From assembly GCA_964518625.1 (NCBI GenBank), contig CAZFHC010000001.1:111-64110 (forward strand): a stretch of 64,000 bases of DNA, written 5' to 3'. The notes under the pieces are model-generated. The model made no database searches and was not told the DNA's origin. It saw only the letters and a list, made by a program, of their open reading frames with translations. Shown here piece after piece: positions 9,731 to 19,625 of the stretch. The DNA comes from Candidatus Woesearchaeota archaeon. Its GTDB lineage: Archaea > Nanobdellota > Nanobdellia > Pacearchaeales > GW2011-AR1. Made by a program: the position numbers and the translations under genes. Positions within the stretch are counted from its first letter, which is position 1. Every line of letters starts with the position of its first letter.

Positions 9731-10271
9731 CTAATTCCTCCTGTTGTAAAATAAAGATTACTGTGTTTTCTTCTGGGATTGTAAAATAATATACATTGTC
9801 TTCAAATTCTACATTGATATTTTCATTTGGATTTACTATTTCTGTTTTACTACCTACTGTACTTGATGTTGTTAAGCTTCCTGTTTGGACTGTAATTGAA
9901 CTTTGTCGTGATGCAGTCCCTGAGATTGTTTGGTCATCTACTGCTATTCCTTCTGCACCATTATTGTATACTGTTACACTTTTTTTATTCCCGTAAATCA
10001 TTACAAAATTTAAATTTGGATCTTGATCTAAAAGCGTTGCTGAAACTTTACTTACAAAATCTTCTATTTCTTCATCATCTAATTCTGGGTTTTGTTGATA
10101 AACTCTATAATTTTGGATTTGAGCAACTTCCCTGTCTAATATTTCTGAGTAATCGTTTACTTTATTTGATTGGGCTTGTGTTGTTACTTGATTAACTGTT
10201 AAGCTTATACTAAAGATTAATGCTGATATTATTACTGCTGTTAGAATGAAAAACTGACCTCTTTTGTCCAT
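9705..10271 (-). CDS. Pilin-like protein with class III signal peptide
   Basis: MDKRGQ|FFILTAVIISALIFSISL. It overlaps the downstream LamG-pilin gene by 26 nt, so the two are co-transcribed. Confidence 0.45.
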   Translation of the reverse strand: MDKRGQFFILTAVIISALIFSISLTVNQVTTQAQSNKVNDYSEILDREVAQIQNYRVYQQNPELDDEEIEDFVSKVSATLLDQDPNLNFVMIYGNKKSVTVYNNGAEGIAVDDQTISGTASRQSSITVQTGSLTTSSTVGSKTEIVNPNENINVEFEDNVYYFTIPEENTVIFILQQEELDENFIVFK

Positions 10272-10359
10272 GTATTAATGAACGCTAGAGTATTTATAAA
10301 ATACACGTTTCTAACGTCTATAAATATTTAATATATAAGAAAAAAAGAAAAAGAAAAAA

Positions 10360-10500
10360 TTAAAGAATTATTTCGATGCCGTTCTCTGAACGTTCCCATC
10401 TTCCTTGTCCATAAAGACGTTGAAGAAGTTTGTCTAGCTTTGTAGCTTCGACATTAGGATCGTTATTTGGATCATAGAACCTTTGAATTGAAACCTTCAT
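10360..10500 (-). CDS. Small 46-aa protein with strong Shine-Dalgarno, first gene of the pilin-like operon
   Basis: Not in the ORF track because it is under 60 aa. Its sequence is MKVSIQRFYDPNNDPNVEATKLDKLLQRLYGQGRWERSENGIEIIL. GGAGGTGAAAAG lies immediately 5' of the ATG, and a TATA-like TTATATATAAAG lies about 40 nt upstream. Confidence 0.35.
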   Translation of the reverse strand: MKVSIQRFYDPNNDPNVEATKLDKLLQRLYGQGRWERSENGIEIIL

Positions 10501-10534
10501 CTTTTCACCTCCATGATGTACTAAATGAGTATTT

Positions 10535-10548
10535 CTTTATATATAATA
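10535..10548 (-). promoter_or_regulatory. Putative archaeal TATA box for the small-ORF/pilin operon
   Basis: TTATATATAAAG on the minus strand, about 35-48 nt upstream of the ATG at 10500, followed by the SD GGAGGTGA. Confidence 0.35.
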
Positions 10549-10749
10549 TTAAGATTGAAACTATATCTTTCGATAGAATTTTGTTTATATAGTGATTGAC
10601 TTGCTAGTGGTTGTCATGAATTGGAGAGTAGTGCTTTGTAATTTGTAAGTAGAATCGTATTAGATTCCGGTAGTAACTTAAGTTTAAAAGGTCATTTAAA
10701 AGAATGTTGTTTTAAATAAATTTATAAAAGATTTCGCCTAAGATTCTGT

Positions 10750-11019
10750 ATGGATGAGACAACTTGGCATGAGGTTTCTGATAAAGAAAGAGAAGAAATT
10801 AAAAAAAACGCTAAAGATATTTTGAAAGATTTTTCTAAGAAATTGAATGCAATTAATTGTGATAAGAAACATTTTGAGTCTTCTATTAGTAATAATGGTT
10901 TACGTGAAGAAGGAGAATGTTGGGAAACTGAAGAGGATTTTAGAGATTTAACTTTGCTAAATGCTCCATTTGTTGAAGATGAGTTTATTACAGCTGAGAA
11001 AGCAAGTTGGAACAAATAA
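10750..11019 (+). CDS. Hypothetical acidic protein
   Basis: 89-aa ORF with no recognisable motif. Confidence 0.35.
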   Translation: MDETTWHEVSDKEREEIKKNAKDILKDFSKKLNAINCDKKHFESSISNNGLREEGECWETEEDFRDLTLLNAPFVEDEFITAEKASWNK

Positions 11020-11022
11020 TTT

Positions 11023-12465
11023 ATGGTAAAAAATAGTGGTGATAAGTTGGAAGAGGTTATACCTGACCATCCTATTATTGAAAAAAAGATTCAAAAAACT
11101 TTAAAATTGAGTGTTAAGGAGGGTTGTGTTGCAAATATTTCTACTTCATTGGGTCCATCATATTTTGCTCCTTTTGCTCTTGCAGTTGGTGCTACGGCTC
11201 CTCAGATAGGAATCTTAAGTGCTTTTGCTTATTTGCTTCCTGGAATCTCACAATTTAACAATTCTAGAAAATTTAAAGAAAATAAAAAGAAAAAAATCAT
11301 TGTCACTAGAATATTATTGGCTTATTCACTTTTGCTTATTTTGGCTTTTACAGGATTTTTATTTTTAAATAATTTTAATCATCTTGTTTGGGCTATTATT
11401 GCTATTGTTGGTTTATATTATTATATTATCGGTCCTGCCTCTAGTTATTGGTATGTTTGGATGGGAACTCTTGTTAAAGATAATGATAGAGCCAAATATT
11501 TTTCGAATCGTTTGAAGTTAAATCAAACAGCTGGACTTATTGCTATGATTCTATCTGCTTTATTTCTAGATTTTATGAAAAGATATAATCCTAGTTTAAC
11601 TGTTGAATATACTATTTATGCTTTTATTTTATTGTTCTTTCTTTCTTTTTTATTTAGAATAAGAGATGTTTTGTTGTTAAATAAACATTATGAGCCTCAT
11701 TTAAAGATTAAAAAAAAGGAGGAGATTTCATTTAAGAGATTTTTGAAAGAAGAACCAAAAACTCCTTTTGGAAAATTTGTTATGTTTATGGGAGTTTTTA
11801 ACCTTAGTATGGCAATTGCAAGTCCATTTTTTACTCTGTATATGTTACAGGTTTTGAATTTTTCTTATACTTGGTTTATTTTTACAACTATTGGTGCTGT
11901 CCTTTTAAATATTGTAAGCTTACCTTTGCTTAGAAAAATCTCTGATAAATATGGAAGTATCTTTTTAACAAAACTATCTTGTTTTTCTATTAGTTTGATT
12001 CCCTTATTTTGGATTTCTACTTTTTTTATTGTATTGAGTGAATTCTGGCTTTTTACTTATGTTATGTTATTTATGTCAATTCTTTATGGTATTGGAAGTG
12101 CTGGACTTATTTTAGTAGGAAGAACTTATACTTATGATGCAAATAAAACTCAAAATAGAAAATATGCTTTCCCTTATTTAAATTTGGTTGTTGGGATTGG
12201 AGCATTTATTGGTTCATTATTAGGTGCTTTGTTAGCATTCTTAGATATTAATTTGATGGGAAGTAGTTTGTTGATTATTTTTATTGTTTCTTTTGTTTTT
12301 AGAATTGTATCGACAATTGTTGGAAGTAAAAATTTACATGAAGTTAGAAAAACTGATAAATTTAAAGCTGAATATTTTATTCGTGATTTAAAACCATTTC
12401 ATTCTTTGAATAGAGGAAGTCATCGTTTTGGACACCATAATTATGAGGTAGTCCATCACATTTAA
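11023..12465 (+). CDS. Multi-pass membrane transporter (MFS-like)
   Basis: About 12 predicted hydrophobic helices with a central Lys-rich loop. No diagnostic motif. Confidence 0.45.
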   Translation: MVKNSGDKLEEVIPDHPIIEKKIQKTLKLSVKEGCVANISTSLGPSYFAPFALAVGATAPQIGILSAFAYLLPGISQFNNSRKFKENKKKKIIVTRILLAYSLLLILAFTGFLFLNNFNHLVWAIIAIVGLYYYIIGPASSYWYVWMGTLVKDNDRAKYFSNRLKLNQTAGLIAMILSALFLDFMKRYNPSLTVEYTIYAFILLFFLSFLFRIRDVLLLNKHYEPHLKIKKKEEISFKRFLKEEPKTPFGKFVMFMGVFNLSMAIASPFFTLYMLQVLNFSYTWFIFTTIGAVLLNIVSLPLLRKISDKYGSIFLTKLSCFSISLIPLFWISTFFIVLSEFWLFTYVMLFMSILYGIGSAGLILVGRTYTYDANKTQNRKYAFPYLNLVVGIGAFIGSLLGALLAFLDINLMGSSLLIIFIVSFVFRIVSTIVGSKNLHEVRKTDKFKAEYFIRDLKPFHSLNRGSHRFGHHNYEVVHHI

Positions 12466-12489
12466 ATATTCAAATTCATTATTTTAAAT

Positions 12490-13104
12490 ATGAAAAAGCA
12501 AAAATGTCCGTCGTGTGCAAAAAAGATTGAGAAAGATTTTAATTACTGTCCTTGGTGTGGTGCTGGAATTAAGAATATTCAGAAAAAAGATAATTATGGT
12601 ATGCTTGGAACGGATGATAATGTAAATGGGAATATGTTTTCTAAGGAAATTAAGTTGCCTTTTGGAATGGATAAAATGGTTAGCTCTTTAATGAAACAAT
12701 TAGAAAAAGAAATGGGGAATGCTGGTAAAGATATAAACGATATGCCTAAAGGATTTAATATTAAAATTCATACTGGGAAACCTGTTCATATGAATAAAGT
12801 TGTTAATCAAAATAATATTGTCAAAGCTCCAGTTGTTAGTGATGAGGAAAGAATCCGGCGATCTAAATTACCAAGAAAAGAAGCTATTTCTAAAATAAAG
12901 AGATTAGCTGATAGACTTATTTATGAGATTGAAACTCCTGGAATTAAGGATAATTCTCAAGTTGCTATTGCTAAATTGGAAAAAGGATTTGAAATAAGAT
13001 CTTTTACTAAAAATTGTTGTTATATAAAAAATATTCCTTTAAATATGCAATTGATGAATGTTAAAATTAAGAAAGATTTAGTTTTAATTGAATTCAAAAA
13101 TTAA
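12490..13104 (+). CDS. Zinc-ribbon protein (N-terminal CPSC...CPWC) with a C-terminal beta-rich domain
   Basis: CPSCAKKI-x8-CPWCG double-Cys pairs. Confidence 0.45.
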   Translation: MKKQKCPSCAKKIEKDFNYCPWCGAGIKNIQKKDNYGMLGTDDNVNGNMFSKEIKLPFGMDKMVSSLMKQLEKEMGNAGKDINDMPKGFNIKIHTGKPVHMNKVVNQNNIVKAPVVSDEERIRRSKLPRKEAISKIKRLADRLIYEIETPGIKDNSQVAIAKLEKGFEIRSFTKNCCYIKNIPLNMQLMNVKIKKDLVLIEFKN

Positions 13105-14239
13105 TATGAATGTTGAAGATTTTTTTAGTAAATTTAGAAAACGAATTACTTTTAATTATGATAGATTTAAATTGTTTTTTGATGTAAATCAGTTGATTTT
13201 TAGTTCAATTTATGTTGATAAGGGAACTTTGCATTTACTTAACTCTTTTAGGAAAACTTGTAATGTAAATTATGGGCGAATTTTGGATGTTGGCTGTGGT
13301 TATGGTTCAATTGGAATTTATTTAAAAAAGAAATATTTTGATTCTTATGTAGAATGTGTTGATAGGGATGCTTTATCTTTGGAATTTTGTCAACATAATG
13401 CTATTTTAAATAATTGTAATATTAATGTTCATCCTAGTCTAGGATATAATTCTGTTGATGGTAAATTTGATTTGATTTGTTCTAATTATCCTGCTAAGGC
13501 TGGTAAAAATGCTTTGAAAGATTTTGTTTATAATGCTTCTAGATTTTTGGAAAAGGATGGTGTTTTAGCTATTGTAATTGTAAAAGAATTGGTTGAAGAT
13601 TTTAAAGATATATTAAAAGATGAAATCCAAATTATTTATGAAGAAGCCTCTAGTGGGCATGTGGTTTATCATATTAAATTTAGTGATGTTTTGAATTTTG
13701 ATGAGAATAATTATTCTAGAGGTAATAATGAATTTATTATTGGAAATGAAAAATATATTTTGGATTGTGCTTATAATATTGCTGAGTTTGAAGATATTAG
13801 TTTTTCTAGTTGTGCAATTATCGAAATTTTGAAAAATTTATCTACTAAAAAAATTGATGTAATTCGTCCTTTCCAGGGTTATTTGCCATTAGCTATTTCA
13901 TATTATTTGAAACCCGAAAAAATTAATTTAATATCTAGAGATTTGTTATCTTTGACATTCTCTTCTAAAAATTTAGAAACTTTTGGCTTCAAAAATATTA
14001 GAATATTTCATCAGTTTTTAAGTGATAATAGAAAGGGTGAGCTTCTTGTTTGGAATGTTGATAAAGAATTGGAATTTGAACAATTTAAGTTTGAGATTGC
14101 TATGGTTTTGAAAAATTTTGATACTGTTGTTATTGGTGGAAAGAAATCAAAGCTTATGCGTTTTATGAAGGATTCTGGAATTGATTATTCTAAGAAAATT
14201 GAAATTAAAAATGCTGTTGCTTTGATATTAAAAAGTTAA
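13088..14239 (+). CDS. Class I SAM-dependent methyltransferase (RsmC/RlmG-like, possibly tandem domains)
   Basis: ILDVGCGYGSIGIYL is SAM motif I. SNYPAKAG is an N/DPPF-like motif IV variant. A second degenerate half follows. Confidence 0.55.
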   Translation: MNSKINMNVEDFFSKFRKRITFNYDRFKLFFDVNQLIFSSIYVDKGTLHLLNSFRKTCNVNYGRILDVGCGYGSIGIYLKKKYFDSYVECVDRDALSLEFCQHNAILNNCNINVHPSLGYNSVDGKFDLICSNYPAKAGKNALKDFVYNASRFLEKDGVLAIVIVKELVEDFKDILKDEIQIIYEEASSGHVVYHIKFSDVLNFDENNYSRGNNEFIIGNEKYILDCAYNIAEFEDISFSSCAIIEILKNLSTKKIDVIRPFQGYLPLAISYYLKPEKINLISRDLLSLTFSSKNLETFGFKNIRIFHQFLSDNRKGELLVWNVDKELEFEQFKFEIAMVLKNFDTVVIGGKKSKLMRFMKDSGIDYSKKIEIKNAVALILKS

Positions 14240-14820
14240 GATAATTGAAGAGCTTCTTTTATTGAATCAATTGAATCAATTGCTATTTGAAAAAATATTG
14301 AAAGTTCTAATCCTGCTTTTTCTATTTCTTTTATTATTTCTCTGTTACATGTTTGAGCAAATGCTTTATTCTTGAATCTCTTTTTTAGCCCTTTAACTTG
14401 CATGTCAGATATTTTTTTACCTCGCATTAAAGCATATGCATAGATTATTCCAGTTAGTGTTTCTGATGCTGCAAGACAGTATTCTATTTTTTGTGTTCGT
14501 TGTTTATCTTTGAACTCTGGAATAATATCATGTCCATATGTATGGCTTTGCATTATTTTTATTGTCTCTTCATCAAAACCTAATTTTTTTAGCATATTTA
14601 CCATTTGTATTCCATGATTTGCAACATCATTTTTTGTATTTGCCCAATCTATATCATGTAAAAGTCCTAACATTGCCCAATATTCTTCGTTCTCTCCAAA
14701 ATATTTTGCTAATCCTTTCATAATTGCTTCGGATTCTAGATAATGATTCATTTGAGATTGATCATTGTTTAAACTTATCAAGAATTCTATTGCTTGTTCT
14801 CTTGTTATTGGTAGATTCAT
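14236..14820 (-). CDS. HD-domain phosphohydrolase
   Basis: The H...LLHDIDW motif (an HD metal-binding pair). Confidence 0.6.
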   Translation of the reverse strand: MNLPITREQAIEFLISLNNDQSQMNHYLESEAIMKGLAKYFGENEEYWAMLGLLHDIDWANTKNDVANHGIQMVNMLKKLGFDEETIKIMQSHTYGHDIIPEFKDKQRTQKIEYCLAASETLTGIIYAYALMRGKKISDMQVKGLKKRFKNKAFAQTCNREIIKEIEKAGLELSIFFQIAIDSIDSIKEALQLS

Positions 14821-16310
14821 TTTATTGTATTAAGCAATTCTATTATTTTATCTTGTCCTATTGAACGAATAAAACCTGCTAATCTTGGACCTTTTGATTT
14901 ATTAATAATAGCTCTATATGATATATCAAAGAATTCTTTATTTGTAATTCCTGTTTTTTCAAATATTTCATAAAATTCCCCTAACATTTCTTTATCAGTC
15001 TCATATTCTTGAATTTCTAAAACTTTTTTTAATTCTAATAATACTTCTTTTTCTTTATCGGTAAAATTTTCAGTTATTTTTTCTTGCACTGAAAACTTCA
15101 TATCATCTCCAGCATATTTTGATAACCAGTTTGAAACTTTCTCTGCTCTTAATTTGCTCTCTGAATTTAGATCATTTGTTTTACCTAATTGGACTAATGT
15201 GATTAAATGTCTAAACCCTTCTCTTTCTGGTTTTAATTTTGGAATATTTAATACTGAATATTCATAGATCATCTTTTCTTGTGGATTCACTTTTTCTTCA
15301 AAATATTTTGTTTCTAATCTATCAAAATCTTCATAAATTTTTATTACATCATTATCAAAACTTATTTGAAATTTTGACTTTGGTTTTGTTCCTGTAAATA
15401 AATATCTTAAAATACTTGATTCATATACTGACTCAACTTCATCTAATGTCATTGCATTTCCTGAAGAACTTGAAAATTCTCCTCCACCTTTTACACTAAT
15501 CCATTCATAAAATTGATAAATTGGTGGCTCAAATCCAAATATCTCTTGTGATATTTCTTTTGATGTCGTAAAAGATCCTCCATGAACACTATGATCTATT
15601 CCTCCTGGTTCAAAATCTACACCTTCATAATACCATCTTAATGGCCAATCTACTCTCCATTTTATGCTAACAATTCCCTTTTTTCTTATGTCAAATGTTT
15701 CTTTATATCCACATTTACATTCATATTCAATATTATATCCATCAGTTGAAAGTATTTTTGTCATATCTTTTTTACATTTATCACAATATATCATTATTGG
15801 CATCCAATCTTCTGCTAATGGTTCTCTTCTATACTTATCTAAAATATCCATTATTTTTCTTCTTTTTTCTAATGATAATTTTATTAAATCTGCATAAGAT
15901 GATTTCTTATTCATTTTATTTTGATAAATATACTCTGCTTGAATATCTATTTTTGATAGTGATTTTTCAAATACTTTTTCATTGTATTCTGAGTATGTCA
16001 TATTTGGATTATTAGGTGAAGGAATATCACTTATTGGCATTCCTAAATATTTTTCATAATTTACATCTACTCCTTTTGGTACTTTTCTAAATCTGTCATA
16101 ATCATCCCAAGAATAAATAAATCTTACCTTTTTTCCTTTGTCTCGTAATGCTTTTACAACCATGAATGTTGTGATTACTTCTCTAAAATTCCCAATATGG
16201 ACTTGACCTGATGGTGTAATCCCTGATGCACAGACATATTCTTCTTTGTCTCCTTTTTGTTTGATTATGTTCTCTGCAACAGCGTCTGCCCAAAAAAATT
16301 TCTCTGCCAT
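14817..16310 (-). CDS. lysK: Lysyl-tRNA synthetase, class I (archaeal type)
   Basis: PSGQVHIGNFRE is the HIGH motif. GGEFSSSSGNAMT is the class I LysRS KMSSS-type motif. A CxxC...C zinc module is present. Confidence 0.85.
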   Translation of the reverse strand: MAEKFFWADAVAENIIKQKGDKEEYVCASGITPSGQVHIGNFREVITTFMVVKALRDKGKKVRFIYSWDDYDRFRKVPKGVDVNYEKYLGMPISDIPSPNNPNMTYSEYNEKVFEKSLSKIDIQAEYIYQNKMNKKSSYADLIKLSLEKRRKIMDILDKYRREPLAEDWMPIMIYCDKCKKDMTKILSTDGYNIEYECKCGYKETFDIRKKGIVSIKWRVDWPLRWYYEGVDFEPGGIDHSVHGGSFTTSKEISQEIFGFEPPIYQFYEWISVKGGGEFSSSSGNAMTLDEVESVYESSILRYLFTGTKPKSKFQISFDNDVIKIYEDFDRLETKYFEEKVNPQEKMIYEYSVLNIPKLKPEREGFRHLITLVQLGKTNDLNSESKLRAEKVSNWLSKYAGDDMKFSVQEKITENFTDKEKEVLLELKKVLEIQEYETDKEMLGEFYEIFEKTGITNKEFFDISYRAIINKSKGPRLAGFIRSIGQDKIIELLNTIK

Positions 16311-16344
16311 AATATTTTATGTTTATGAGGGTTTTTAAGATTTG

Positions 16345-16623
16345 TTAAAACCTTAGAATTTTAAATTCTTTGAAGTCTCCACTCCATTTCCTTGCTTCTG
16401 CTTGAATGTTTCTTATTTGAGAATGTTTTGGTCCTTTAGCAATTATTTTTGACAATTGTTCTATCATATTATCATCTCCCTCAACTACAATTTCTACATC
16501 ACTGTTTGTCAAATTTCTGATATAACCTTTCAATTTTAACAACTCAGCATTTTCTTTTACAAACTGTCTATAGAAAACTCCTTGAACACTTCCCTGAACT
16601 ATAATTTTAGCAGCTGCTTTCAT
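16345..16623 (-). CDS. acyP: Acylphosphatase
   Basis: VQGSVQGVFYRQF matches the acylphosphatase signature V.G.VQGV.FR. 92 aa. Confidence 0.75.
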   Translation of the reverse strand: MKAAAKIIVQGSVQGVFYRQFVKENAELLKLKGYIRNLTNSDVEIVVEGDDNMIEQLSKIIAKGPKHSQIRNIQAEARKWSGDFKEFKILRF

Positions 16624-16665
16624 ATTGGGAAAAAGTAAAATTTGTTAATAAATGTTTGGGGGATA

Positions 16666-17013
16666 TTAAGTTCGCATTGCAAGATATGAATTTGGATTAT
16701 CTAAAATGGGATCTTGTTGTTCTAAATAAAATTCTTTAAACTCAGTTTTTATACCCAACTTACAACATAAATTATCAATTTCTTGACATTCTTCAAGTCT
16801 CTGAGGATTGTAATTAATTATAGCTTTAGAATTATTTTTGTCATAATTTAAAAAAAATATATTTTCCTCTCCGATTTCTATATGTGGAGTCGATTTTACT
16901 ATTATTTTATAATTTTTTATTTCTATTGATGGTGTAGTGTAATTATGTGAATTAAAAACTTCAAAAACTTTAGTCTTTATTTTTAAAAAATCTTTATTCT
17001 CTAATTTTGACAT
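16666..17013 (-). CDS. Hypothetical protein
   Basis: 115-aa ORF in operon-like spacing with acyP and the trmY-like gene. Confidence 0.35.
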   Translation of the reverse strand: MSKLENKDFLKIKTKVFEVFNSHNYTTPSIEIKNYKIIVKSTPHIEIGEENIFFLNYDKNNSKAIINYNPQRLEECQEIDNLCCKLGIKTEFKEFYLEQQDPILDNPNSYLAMRT

Positions 17014-17095
17014 TTTCTTTTTAGGTACGTTGAGTTTATAAAATTTATGTTAATCTGTTATAATGTTTCATCTCTCTTTTAGGTCTATCTTAATA

Positions 17096-17671
17096 TTATC
17101 CTCTATCAATCTCATTATGAATAATTATCATCACTTGAGATGCAAATAGAGTTTTTGGACCTACTGTCATCCTATCAATTTGTTTCAGAAATTTTTGTTT
17201 ATCTCTTGGGAAACCTTCATGGTCTCCTATTATGAATACTTCGTTCCCTTTTAACTCCATTTCTCGTATATCCTTTCCTTTTTTATCTAAGAGAAAAATA
17301 TTTTTTCCTTCCTTATCTAAATCTTGAATTAATTTCTCAAATGATTTTTTTTCTATTGAACATCCTGGCATTATTTCTTTTAATCCTTCTTTTCTTGGAG
17401 ATTTGTAAAGCATTTTTTTTATTAATCCTGCTACATCTTTTTTTGAAATTGGCATTTTTTCATTTGATTCTAGAACTAGATGTCTTGGTGGATTAGGTTG
17501 TCCTTCAAATATTAAATGTAGTTTTATATCGTCTCGCATTGCATTTGAAACAAAGAGTGTTGAAATTATAACATTACAAACTATATCCATTCGTCCTGCT
17601 TTCATCAAGTTTTCTTTAATTAAATTACCTGCGGTTACTGCATGTTGGGAATAATAAATAAATTCTCTCAT
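17096..17671 (-). CDS. SPOUT-class methyltransferase, TrmY-like (tRNA pseudouridine54 N1-methyltransferase family, DUF358)
   Basis: The N-terminal MREFIYYSQHAVTAGN...KAGRMDIV pattern and overall length resemble archaeal TrmY as I remember it. No search was run. Confidence 0.4.
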   Translation of the reverse strand: MREFIYYSQHAVTAGNLIKENLMKAGRMDIVCNVIISTLFVSNAMRDDIKLHLIFEGQPNPPRHLVLESNEKMPISKKDVAGLIKKMLYKSPRKEGLKEIMPGCSIEKKSFEKLIQDLDKEGKNIFLLDKKGKDIREMELKGNEVFIIGDHEGFPRDKQKFLKQIDRMTVGPKTLFASQVMIIIHNEIDRG

Positions 17672-17728
17672 AAAATATTTAATAATTAGGAATATATAAG
17701 TTCGATTATAAGGTTTAATAAAAGTAGT

Positions 17729-19156
17729 CTATTTTTTCTTCTTCTTTGTGTAAAACTTAATTGCTTCTGCTAGTTCTTTGTGATTTTTTGCATATGTTTT
17801 GATACTGATTCCTTTTTTATATGCTTCACATGATTGTACTAAAGCTTTTGCTCCTGCTTTTGTTCCTTTTGGATGTGCATGACATCCTGCACCCATTGTT
17901 GTTATGAAGTCTATGCTTCCTAGAATATCTATGAATGGTTTCAATAATGTTGGATCTAATCCTCCCGAAATTATTGGAGCACATTTTTTTACACCTCTCC
18001 ATGAATCATCTTCTAATATAAGATGATGAGCCATATCTTTATGTGTTAATTTTATTGAATCTCTATCTTTTGCAGGGATTTTAGACCATGATTGTTCAAA
18101 GAAATGACCTTTTGCTTGAAATTGTAATATTCCTCTTGCTGATGTTGCATCTTCTGTTGGTGTTCCTGCCATTTTACCTACCCCTGCTGTTCCTGTGTGA
18201 ATTCCTGATGCTCCTGCTAATCTTGCAAATTTTGACAAAACCAATACTGTCATCCCTATTGGGTTTTCTGGCCTTGTAAAAGCTCCATGAGCTGCTCTAT
18301 GGAAGTGTATGAAGACCTCTGGATATCTTCTTCGTAATGTTTGTACTGCCATCCAACCTGCTGTTATACCATCTATTAAAAAAGCATAACTTCCTGGCTC
18401 AAATCCGGCATTTTTAATCATTTCACATCTTTTAATCATTGTATCAAAATCTGCAGCAGATACATTAAATGAATGAACTTTCTTCTTTTTTGTTTTCTTC
18501 ACAGCTTTGTCCATTGCTTCTTTTACATGAGCAACCATTTTTTCATAAGGACAAAAATCTTGATCTGCTTGTGGTTCATCATTTTTTACAAAATCTCCAC
18601 CACCAACCCAAAAGTCATAACAGACTTCTGCATATTCTGCTGATGTTAATCCCATCTTTGGTTTTACAATTGTTCCTAATATTGGTCTATTATAAACATT
18701 CAAATATTTTCGCATATCATCTATTGTATAACTTGGTCCATCATATTGTTCTAGCATTGCTTCTGGAAACCAAACATCTAATAATTTTAATGCTGATACT
18801 TCTTTCATCCCTAACACATTTCCTATAATGTATGTTAATATGTTTTGAACATTTCCTGTTCTATCGAATAATCTCCATGGATATGCTATCCAAACCAAAT
18901 CCCTTTTTTGATCAATTTGATAAATTAAAGCGTTCATTTCTCTTGAAAATGCTGTTTCTGTTTGAACTTTAAAGTTTGTTCCTGTTGAAGATTCTGCTGC
19001 AATTTCCGAGGCTGCTTGTAGAATATTTAATCCCTCTCCTGCTTTTAGTGTAAAAATTCCTAGAAGATATTCACCATTTTTTACATTTGGTATATCAAAG
19101 TTTACATACGCTTTTTGCTTATCATTAAGTGTTTCATAAAGTTCTTTTATATCCAT
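17729..19156 (-). CDS. rbcL: Ribulose-1,5-bisphosphate carboxylase large subunit, type III (archaeal/II-III-like)
   Basis: GGGDFVKNDEP matches the GGLDFTKDDEN active-site region. Catalytic-loop motifs (KPK.GL; HFHRAAHGA; GGLDP) are present. No small-subunit gene is nearby. Confidence 0.85.
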   Translation of the reverse strand: MDIKELYETLNDKQKAYVNFDIPNVKNGEYLLGIFTLKAGEGLNILQAASEIAAESSTGTNFKVQTETAFSREMNALIYQIDQKRDLVWIAYPWRLFDRTGNVQNILTYIIGNVLGMKEVSALKLLDVWFPEAMLEQYDGPSYTIDDMRKYLNVYNRPILGTIVKPKMGLTSAEYAEVCYDFWVGGGDFVKNDEPQADQDFCPYEKMVAHVKEAMDKAVKKTKKKKVHSFNVSAADFDTMIKRCEMIKNAGFEPGSYAFLIDGITAGWMAVQTLRRRYPEVFIHFHRAAHGAFTRPENPIGMTVLVLSKFARLAGASGIHTGTAGVGKMAGTPTEDATSARGILQFQAKGHFFEQSWSKIPAKDRDSIKLTHKDMAHHLILEDDSWRGVKKCAPIISGGLDPTLLKPFIDILGSIDFITTMGAGCHAHPKGTKAGAKALVQSCEAYKKGISIKTYAKNHKELAEAIKFYTKKKKK

Positions 19157-19329
19157 ATCGTCTCTCTTGATTTGTTAAAGGAGATGTTCTTTTTAAAAGT
19201 TTGGAGGATTTGAATTATTTTTTTATGTTTTAAATTTAATATTTTCTATTTAGACTGTATAAAATTTAACTTAATACTAGTATCATACGTCTTATTATAA
19301 CAAAAATTAATAAATAATCAAACTAAACA

Positions 19330-19338
19330 TTTATAAAG
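19330..19338 (+). promoter_or_regulatory. Archaeal TATA box (TTTATAAAG) about 25 nt upstream of the rpl35ae ATG, implying a leaderless transcript
   Basis: Canonical TTTATAAA at 19330-19337. The ATG is at 19359. Confidence 0.5.
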
Positions 19339-19358
19339 AAATTTTATGACAATTTAAT

Positions 19359-19625
19359 ATGGTAAATGCAAAAGTTGTGCAATTTAGAAGAGGAAGAAAA
19401 ACATTCAAGCCTAAACATTTTTTGATTGAAATTGATGGTATTGATAGTAGAGATAAAGCGAAAGAGTTTGTTGGTAAAAATGTTAGTTGGACTTCTACTG
19501 GTAAAGAACCTAAAATTATTGATGGTATTATAAAATCTGCTCATGGGAATAGTGGTGTTGTTAGAGCACTTTTCGAGCGTGGTTTACCTGGTCAGTCTAT
19601 TGGTACAGAGGTAAAGATAGAATAA
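19359..19625 (+). CDS. rpl35ae: 50S ribosomal protein L35Ae (eL33)
   Basis: KVVQFRRGRKTFKPKHFLIEIDGIDSRDKAKEFVGKNVSW....IIKSAHGNSGVVRALFERGLPGQSIG is the eL33 signature. Confidence 0.8.
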   Translation: MVNAKVVQFRRGRKTFKPKHFLIEIDGIDSRDKAKEFVGKNVSWTSTGKEPKIIDGIIKSAHGNSGVVRALFERGLPGQSIGTEVKIE

